Positions 55,301 to 64,000 of a stretch of DNA of 64,000 nucleotides are shown in pieces. A program made the translations under genes and the position numbers. The notes beneath the pieces are model-generated. The model was not told the DNA's origin, ran no database searches, and saw only the letters and a program-made list of their open reading frames with translations. The stretch comes from Eledone cirrhosa (lineage: Eukaryota), in contig OZ024742.1 in the NCBI GenBank assembly GCA_964016885.1, positions 290,098,001 to 290,162,000 of the forward strand, written 5' to 3'. Each line of letters opens with the position of its first letter. The first letter of the stretch is position 1.

Positions 55301-56390
55301 CAGTGTTCAAATGGTGGTTAGAGGCTGCGTCCGATGTCAGTCCATTGATCCCGCCCCGGGTGTGCACGAAACGGGAAGCCTCCCGGTGTATCGCGACTGG
55401 AAGCGATTGGCGGTGTATGTAACGCACTACCAACAGGGAACGTACCTCTCGATGGTCGACTGTGGACCAGGACGGATGGCGATATGGAGGGAGATGAAGA
55501 CTGGAACGGCCGAGGAAATCATGCGGATGTTGAGAGAGGTGTTCTTGGAGCGGGGCCCTGTGAACGAACTGCTGATGGAAAACAGCGCAGCGTTCCGCTC
55601 AGAGGCGCTGAGGGAGATGCTCGATGGATGGAAGGTGGACCGTTTCTTCAGAGCAGCGCACAGGCCGAGCGGGAATGGAATTGTGGAGCGACACCACCGG
55701 ACGATCAAGGCAATGGCGGAGCGGGGCCATATCTCACCAATGGAGGCAGTGTTCTGGTACAACATGTCCCCTCGGGTGGGACAGGTCGAGGAATCAGTGC
55801 CACACAGAGCAGTATTCAGATACGAGTGGCGGCTCCCGTGCACGCCACCACAACGGCCAGTGGGGAGAGAGAGTGCATTCGTGCAGGTGGGCAAAGATGT
55901 CTGGGTTAAGCCCCCAGGTGCACGTTGCACATCTCAATGGGGAAGGGGAACGGTGACGGCCGTAAATTTCCAGAACAATGTGTCCGTGGACGGAGTACCA
56001 TGTCATGTCCTGGATGTCCGTAGAATCACTGTGTCAACGGACTCCGAGGAAGAGGAAACCCAAAGTGCCGCCCCAACACTGCGGAGATCGCATAGAAGTC
56101 GTAAACCACCAACCTGGACAGCAGATTTTCATATGCAGAAGGATGAGGGGGGAAATTGATCCTTGAGATCGGGAGGGGGGTATGGTGTGGCGTGCGGTGG
56201 CCGGAAGGGTGCTCGACCGGAAGGGCCAGCAGATCGGCCTCTCTCTAGTGGTGACCAGCAACGGTGTGGACGCGAGTTTTGGCAGCCCCCGGTGTTAATG
56301 AGTTGGACGCACGTGGAAGAGGAGAAACCAGCAGTGGGATTTAGCGGCGCCTATGAAAAGCGGTAAGTGAGATAGCTTTTTCTAACCACA
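52315..56390 (+). mobile_element. Compact LTR retrotransposon (gag-PR-RT-RH-IN), frameshifted
   Basis: LTRs 52315-52552 (TGTGG..CCACA) and ~56178-56390; purine tract before the 3' LTR; CCHC knuckles, LMDTG, YIDD, CDAS, HH..CC and DDE-like integrase; ATATA on both flanks. Confidence 0.93.
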
Positions 56391-57116
56391 ATATATATAT
56401 AGAGAGGGGGAGAGTTTGGGGTTTATTGATACAGAGGGGGGTATTGGAAGAGAGTTCTGTGTAGTAGATATAGAGAGGGAGAGAGTTTGGTGTTAATTGA
56501 TATAGAGGGGGGGGGGGATTGGGAGAGTATGTTGTATGGTTGATGTAGATATACAGTGGGGGAGAGTTTGGCGTTAATTGATATAGAGAAAAATAGACCA
56601 CCAAATTCGCTCGCCCTCTCTATATTGCACTAAATATTTCACTCTCTTTCAATCCTTTAATTCCCCCTCTCTCATTAGGGCAACAAATTATCTCCCGCTC
56701 TCTATATCCCACTACATACCTCACACTCTCTCACCCCCCCCCCCTGTCACTAGACCACCAAATTCTCTCCTCCTCTCTATATTCTACTACATTCTGCAGT
56801 CTCTTTCACTCTCATTAGACCACAAATTCTCTTTACCTCTCTATATCCTACTACAATATTTTTTACTTTGAAACAACAAATGTTTTCATCTTCTGTAAAG
56901 AACGATAAGGTTCTCCATTCCCTCTCCCACCTTTTGAACTCCGGGGTGTGGGGGAGATCTTATTTTTTAGTGGTGTGCTTTTGTTGAATTATTTGACAGG
57001 AGTTTAAATATGTGGTGGTGGAGGGTGGTGGTAGTAGTGTGGTGGTGGTGGTGGTGTAGAGGGTGATGGTGGTGGTAGTATGGTGTTGTTGGTGGTGATT
57101 GTTTATTTTGGATATA

Positions 57117-59314
57117 TCTATCTATCTATCTATATACTGTTAAAACTGTGATTGCGTGCTTGTCTGTAATTTAAAATAACCAAAACGGTGCATAATTGGA
57201 AAATACTTTGAAAGGAAGTAGACTCTGAAATGCGAATACAAATGGAATAAAACAAGTTTCACGTAAATCGGAGCACGGGTTCCTGAGATACGGGTTTTTC
57301 CAGGTACCTTCATAAATAAAGAGATTAAAAGATAGAGAGAAAGAGATAGTGGTTGTGAGAGAGTAGATTGAAAGAGAGAGCTGGTGGTGTTGTTGAATGA
57401 AATTATAACAGGTGACTTCAAATAATCGAATACAGCATTACTGTATCCAGCTAAAAGTTGGTGACTGAATGTTAAGTCATATGTATAATATAACTTGTGT
57501 TAGGACAGGTTGTGTGTAGTGAATATTTCCTGGTAAATAGGAAGGGTTTTTAAGTTTGTGTGTATATGTGTGTGTGTGTGTTTATATGTGTGTGTATGTA
57601 TCTTTATATATAATATAAAAGAAAGATTTTATTGGTCAGTTGAATCACACGAAAACTACACACACATCTAAAGAGAGAGAGACACAGAGGGAGAGGCAGA
57701 GAGATAGGCTGTTGTACAGAGAGAGATACAAGTGTTAGATATTCAGAGAGAGAGAGAGAGAGAGAGTGAGACGTCCCACAAAAGTCTAGAATCGGCTTAA
57801 ACTAAATCAAAGTATCAGTTGAAGGTTTAACATTATTGCGTTAACTTTTATAAACTCGTTTTACACCAGTCTTTGATTTTACAGGGCAAAGAAAAAATTG
57901 ATACTATTTGAAATTAATCTATGGTGTATATTAATTTAGATTTTTGAGGATAGTGTCATGTTATTATTGACCTAATCCAGATGGCAGAGTGTCGACCTAT
58001 TGACTAAGGCTGCTATTTGCATTTATTTCTATTTTTTTCCACAATATTTTCCAAGAAAATTAATTTCATTATGTCACCAAAACACCGCTCATCTATCGGG
58101 GGAGTTACAATGTCCGCCAAACGGTTGAAATCTTCAAGCGAAAGAGAAACTCACGAACAATATAAAGAAAGACTTGCGAATAAAGAGACAAGTAAACATT
58201 GTGACATTCAGCAGGATATGAGACGGGGAAAACAAAGGTTAAGACAACAAGAAAGACGATCACAACTTTCTGAAAGTGTACAGAACCTGAGACAGGAAAC
58301 AGAAAGATTAAGTCAAGAAGAAAGACTATCGCAACAAACAGAGATTCAATATGAAAATCATCAAGAGTCATTGAGAGTTGTGGTGCAAACTCGACGAACA
58401 CAAAGGACTCTTCAAGGCTGAATAAACTGGCTAAGAGTTGCATTTTCATATGATCCATCGAAGAATTATAGAAATGATCCTAAAGTCGCGATTGGGAACC
58501 TGTATTGCTTAGAAGGAACGGTCTGACTTCCACTGATAGAGACCCTCCAGCTTTTATCCATATACTGCTTACAGACCATATCAACGAAGTTAACACTTCA
58601 GAAACAATGTTATGCGATATATTGCTGTGTTTCAGATGATGTCCTTTGGAGCTGGAAAATATCATATTTGTAGCAGTGAATGAAATGTATTTTCCTTCTG
58701 CGGCGGAATGGTGTTACGGAGGTAAGTTGGCTGAAGTGTGAGCCAATCGAAACCTTCGGTGCACTAATTGGACTGTCCAGAACTACGTCACCAGGTGAGC
58801 GGAGGTAACCAAGAGAGACATTAGTCTACACGCACCTCTCTTATCGACAAGACCAGGCTACACTCCTCGCTGCTAACAACATCTCCATCTTGCAATGAAG
58901 CGGACCAAACTACATCCTACACATGTAGATACTACCTGTACCTAATGTATCCGTTCAACATGTACAACTAATAAATAGAGTTACAACATCGATAATGGAT
59001 TTAGTCAATGTTCTAAATGCCTTCTGATTTCTATTATGTATACCAAGAATTGACCCTAAAACCCGTTATATATTGACTATGGTTATTTCACAACATTTAA
59101 AATCCAAGGCCAATGCTACCATTTAATCGGCAGTTTACTCCACCAGCCTTATTAGGAAGTTTCATGATTTTTTTTTTTTGTCTCTCTCTCACACATACAC
59201 AAATTACGGTCCCACCTCATACTGTAAACCTGACAACACATCTAATTCAGTCGTTTTCTCTTTGATCTGTCTTCTCGTAACTGTTCTCCCGGGCGATGCC
59301 GGATAACTCAGCTA
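57117..59314 (+). mobile_element. Internally deleted Helitron
   Basis: 5' TCTATCTAT..; remnant RepHel N-terminus 58071-58655 (AFSYDPSKNY..KVAIG; FRNN..FQMMSFG); 3' CCCGGGCGATGCCGG hairpin then CTAG|T. Confidence 0.8.
58669..58988 (+). mobile_element. Possible solo LTR inside the Helitron
   Basis: GC-richer block TGTA..TACA(ACA) with AATAAA near its 3' end; no clear TSD. Confidence 0.35.
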
Positions 59315-59981
59315 GTATCCCGTCATTTCCATTCTCCTGGTCATTCTTCCCTACATGTCTCAATCCTGAGTATCCTTTTACATCACGAATCACAGGCCTC
59401 ACTCACCAGGACTGAACAGAGTCCTATTTCCCTCGTGGACTCAACTCACCTCCCCAATTTCTTTAAAACTCTGTCCATTATCACACACGAGCTTGTACAT
59501 TCACCCCTAGATTCCCATGGCTCTCTTATGGTCAGAAACATGTTCTCTTACAACTAATACAGACCGACAAAATATGCACACTCCACTTTTCCCTTCACAG
59601 CTCTGTATACACACATACACACTCTTATATTAACATACTTTTGCTCATAGCTTCGTACTTACAAGCACACACACTCTTTTACTTACACACATTTCTTCTT
59701 AACTTTGTATGGACGTATAATAACACACACACACACACATGCATATGCACGCGCACAAATATAGCAGTTTTTACAAAATGTTTTTTTTTCCATTTCAGGT
59801 AGACGCGAGTCATCATCCACTTTTCTAAAAAAATAAATCATATACAAAACGCCAGCATCAACAGTTTTCCAATTACAGGTCCATTCATGTCAACACAAAT
59901 GGACCTGTTATTTTTATCTAAAGACATTTTTTTTCAATTCCAACCCACCCGTCCATTCAATCTATCTTATTTCTCATTCTT

Positions 59982-60017
59982 TCTTCTGATGAAGGAGTAG
60001 CGTCCGAAACGTTAAGA
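59982..60017 (+). ncRNA. Minimal hammerhead ribozyme
   Basis: TCTT-CTGATGA-AGGAGTAGCGTCC-GAAA-CG-TT-AAGA. Confidence 0.72.
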
Positions 60018-60098
60018 CCCTCTTCCTGCTATTTCAAGCATTAACCTAACATATTCCATCCATATACTGTATCGATTGTGTTGCTATTTCTGTTTACC

Positions 60099-60181
<83 letters not shown>

Positions 60182-60330
60182 TAGTTTCGTTGACAAATAT
60201 ATCAATATGCCCAGACATGCAGATATATTGCCCTTGGTATGACAGTGTGGTTTTAGCTCAATGTAGGATAACTAGTATACTACAGAGCCCTTATAGTTAT
60301 AGGAATAACCAAAGAGTGCTTAGAAATACA

Positions 60331-60396
60331 TTGTTTTATTAGCTAACAGTGTTTCATCCATACACCATGGCAGGAATCATCAGAGCCTATAAACAA
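60331..60396 (-). ncRNA. Hammerhead ribozyme
   Basis: TTGTTTATAGGCT-CTGATGA-TTCC..GGAT-GAAA-CACTG-TT-AGCTAATAAAACAA. Confidence 0.78.
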
Positions 60397-60542
60397 AAGT
60401 ATATCAGTAGTTGCATGCTCCATCGAGCTGCGTCACCAGAACAATGTTAAAGGACCAGCAGGGGGGTCCCGAGGCCAGCGCTATATGGAAAAAGACAGAA
60501 TATATATATATAGTAATAATAATAAATGTGAAGACTAAAATC

Positions 60543-60630
60543 CAAAGAATCGCTGCTTTCACCCTTAACGGGATCTTCTGAAACTTCAGTTTCAGAAGAT
60601 CCCGTTAAGGGTGAAAGCAGCGATTCTTTG
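60543..60630. repeat. Perfect 43-bp-arm palindrome
   Basis: CAAAGAATC...CTGAAACT-TC-AGTTTCAG...GATTCTTTG. Confidence 0.95.
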
Positions 60631-60768
60631 CTTAAACTTTAATGTTATTTTAATAAGTATATATATGTGTGTGTCTGTGTGTGTATGTGTGTGACCAGTG
60701 TATATAGGTCACAGACACCCACACATATATACACACTCACACTCAAACACATATACATAGATATATAT

Positions 60769-60919
60769 AAGTGGTTACACAACAGTTAGTTCACCATACC
60801 GAGAACAATTGTTTTGCCTTAGCGGATCCTCAGCTCGTAATGGACCATTATAAGCTGAGGATCCGCTAAGGCGAAACAATTGTTCTCGGTATGGTGAACT
60901 AATTGTTGTGTAACCACTT
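60769..60919. repeat. Near-perfect 75-bp-arm palindrome containing a hammerhead core in each arm
   Basis: CTGAGGA-TCCGCTAAGGC-GAAA-CAATTG-TT-CTCG at 60855-60888 and its mirror. Confidence 0.92.
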
Positions 60920-61572
60920 CTACCTAACTCGTCCCATGGACTGAGTGCTCTACCACTACGGATATTACCTTCCAGTGTTCTACCACTATATATATATATA
61001 TATACACAGTTCAAGAGTAACCAATCTTAAAGAGAGAGATGGAGATAGGAGAGGAGATATTGGTGAATTAGAAGCCAAAGTGTAAAGGCATGTGCTCAAT
61101 GTGCAATATGCAGTAGAAAGCAGCTAGGTGACTGGGTTCATGCAGAGGTTAGGCGCGCAGAGCTGGAAATATTCATTAGTTAAGCAAAACAAGGCCACAA
61201 ATTTCATAAGGAAGACATTATTAAAAGATTGTCAGCATAGTTTAGTTTGATGTAAGGAATGTAGAGAATAATAATAATAATATTAATAATAATAATGTCC
61301 GTTTACAATTGTTTCGCTACTCCATATTATATTTCTGGATCAGATGACTATATATCATAATTGATCTGGTTCAGTTGAAAATAATTAACATATTTAAAAA
61401 ACAGAGCGGCCCATCGGAACTTCAAAGGAACATAAATTAAAATAATGAGAGAATGTTACATAATATAATGTTCCATATATTGGTTTTTCAGTATGGTGTC
61501 TTGGTTGCATCAGTTGTCAGCCATAATCAAGCAGTATTCATCTGTCAAGGCTGCATTGTGTGAGATCTGCCT

Positions 61573-63958
61573 ATTGTTTACGGACCCGATGGGCTCCTTA
61601 CCCTTAAAGGGTACAACCCCAGTAGTACAGATCGGGTCCGTAAACAATTAATCAGCTTCTTCCGCGATTTAAAATAAACCTACAAACGTCCCTGACCCGA
61701 GTAAACTTCCTGGAGGTTACCCTTGACCTCGATAATGATCTGTACTACCCATACAGGAAACCCAACGACAACCTGCACTACATCCACCGCCGGTCGAACC
61801 ATCCTAGAAACATCACCAATAACCTGGTTAAAAACATCTCCCTCCGCATATCTCGTTTGTCAGCTAATGAGCAGATATTCGAGGAACATGCGCCTTATTA
61901 CAACCAGGCCCTCAAGCGGAATGGTTTCCGGGAGGAAATATCCTACTGTCCAGCTTCCATTAGCGGAACCAGCAGGCGACACCGCCGCTCACGCAACGTA
62001 ACATGGTTCAATCCTCCCCACAACGCCGAGGTGACAACTCCTATCGGGAAAATCTTCTTTAGGCTCATTGAAAAACACTTCCCACTACAACACCGCTACC
62101 ACAACATAATTAACAAAAATACCATCAAACTCTCCAACAGCACCACACCAAACTTTGCACAAAACATCGTCTCCTCTAACAACAAAAAAACTCAACCCCT
62201 ATGGAAGAAATAACCTAAATAGCAGTGGAGAGCCGACCAGGAGGTGCAACTGTCCTGATGGATCCATTTGCCCCCTCGACAACAGATGCAGAGATCGTAA
62301 TGTGATCTACCAGTGCAACGTGAGGACGGACACCTCCAACAAAGCTTATATAGGATTAACCGCATGTGACTTCAAGACCCGGCTATACCAACACAGACAT
62401 ACCTTCCGAAACCCGTCCCGGCGTCACGCCACTACACTTTCGGGCCACATATGGACCTCAAGGATAACAATATTACCTATGATCTCACTTGGAGCTTACT
62501 GTCCAGAGCCAACTCTTACACGGGAGGACGCCGTCCGTGCAATTTATGCTCGGAGGAAACTTTACAAATGCTGTTTTCGACGGACCGACTCCTAAACAAG
62601 AAAGATGAACTGGTAACTGCATGTAAACACAGATTGCGTAGGCCTTACCTCGCCCTCAAACCCCATAATGACCCGGGGGGGGGGGGTAGACTAGGGCTAT
62701 AACACCCCACTTGCCGATTTTGTAATGGGTAACCCCTGCTTGCAAAGGTAGACGTAAGATCTTCTTTTATATCTTTTTATCACTTCCTCTATATTTCCTT
62801 CTTCCCCCCCCATCCCTCCCTAGTCCTTCCACCCCAGTCCTCTTTCTTTGTCGTCGTCCTTTTCACTTTCTCGCCCACCCGAGGCAGCCCCTCGGTCCTC
62901 TGTAGCCTCAGTCCCCCACCCCCTTCCCCTATTCTATGATAGAATTGGCCGACTCCGCTTTTTATAGCAGATGTGTTAGACCCTGGATACTTGCCTTCTT
63001 ATCCGATGGCTGCCCCTTTTCCTTGCTTTCTATATTTCTTAGTGGTATCTTTGCTTTAATTTCTCGTATATCAGTATTTAAATTTTTGGGGGTGGGGGGT
63101 GGGGGGGATTCTGAATTAATTTTCCGTATCAAATTTTTCATATACTTCGTACGAGCATTTATATTTATGTAGTTTGCACTAGAATTTTTGTATCATGGCG
63201 GCACCCTTAGAGATAGTATTAGTATTCTTTTTCGGGATTCTGAATTATTATTTCATATTAGTTTGTTTTTTTTGCACTGGATGGTTGCTGGCCTTGTGTC
63301 TGGGGTAGAAACCTTTATTTCGTACTGGTCTCGGGACTCTGAATTATTATTTTGTGGTAGTTTCTTTAGTATTTTGGCCCCCCACTTGTTGACCCGTCAC
63401 CGTAAGATATACTCGGTTGATTACTTATACCACTTAAAAGGGTCTCATTATAATTCCGTACCACCTAGTAAACCTTTCTTTAGTCTAGCAGTACCAGTGA
63501 ACGACTTGATAGCTGTCCTTAGGTTATAGTAACCAGAAATTGTTTTTTTTTTACATTTAATTGTTTTTTAACATTCTCGGTTTTTTTCTATATATTTACC
63601 TCATATTGTTTTACTTATTGTTTCAACTGCCTACCCCTCCCCTTCCCTAGTATACTTCTTTGACCTCCTGCCCAGCTGTAGCTGGCACTATCAACGCACG
63701 ACTGGGTTTCCTCCACCCCCTCTCCCTCTTTCTTCTACTGGCAGGTTCAGCTACCCCTTCCCTCCACAAATTGCCATGATAGAATTATGTGTCTCAACAA
63801 CAAACTTTTGACCAATCCTTGTGACAATCACTTTTACCATATATTGAATTACCCCCTGAGAAGCCCGGCTATTCATATGCCAGGATAAAAATTTTCATTT
63901 AGTCCAGAATTAGCCATCGAAACGGCTTGAGCTCAGCCGTCGGGGTCCTACTCGTTCC
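61573..63958 (+). mobile_element. 5'-truncated Penelope-like element (RT end, GIY-YIG, long 3' region)
   Basis: VNFLEVTLDL, SNHP, RISRLSAN, VTWFNPP, CNC..CPL, VIYQC..AYIG, CNLCSEE, CKH; same clade as the 547-3147 element; ends at (TA)n. Confidence 0.92.
63851..63946 (+). ncRNA. Variant hammerhead motif at PLE 3' end
   Basis: ACCCC-CTGAGA(A)-..GGCTA..TAGCC..-GAAA-CGGCT..AGCCG-TC-GGGGT; core is one base off CUGANGA. Confidence 0.65.
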
Positions 63959-64000
63959 TATATACATATATATATTTACATATATATATATACATATATA

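Overview
Eukaryotic, AT-rich, repeat-saturated animal genomic DNA. The SINE/MITE/RTE families and long (TA)n arrays resemble cephalopod (Octopus-like) genomes; this is an inference. Host content is small: four minus-strand exons of an Amun-like HhH-domain gene (19700-24753; first coding exon not found) and an intronless, truncated PDSS2-like copy (17052-17870). The rest is transposable elements: four Penelope-like elements (PLEs), about seven RTE LINE copies (one with an intact 991-aa ORF), a CR1/L2-group LINE, CRE fragments, an LTR retrotransposon, mariner, Tigger, Helitrons, MITEs and SINEs. The main features absent from the ORF track are: (1) about 11 well-formed and several degenerate minimal type-I hammerhead ribozyme motifs, many in non-coding PLE/retrozyme-like units or fold-back palindromes; (2) a LINE ORF1 that, once a Merlin-like MITE is removed, fuses a Myb/SANT-like domain to two CCCH zinc fingers; (3) a compact LTR element with no tRNA primer-binding site, a hairpin across the LTR boundary, a DIRS-like RNase H and a -1 frameshift signal. 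All calls were made by eye, with no database searches.
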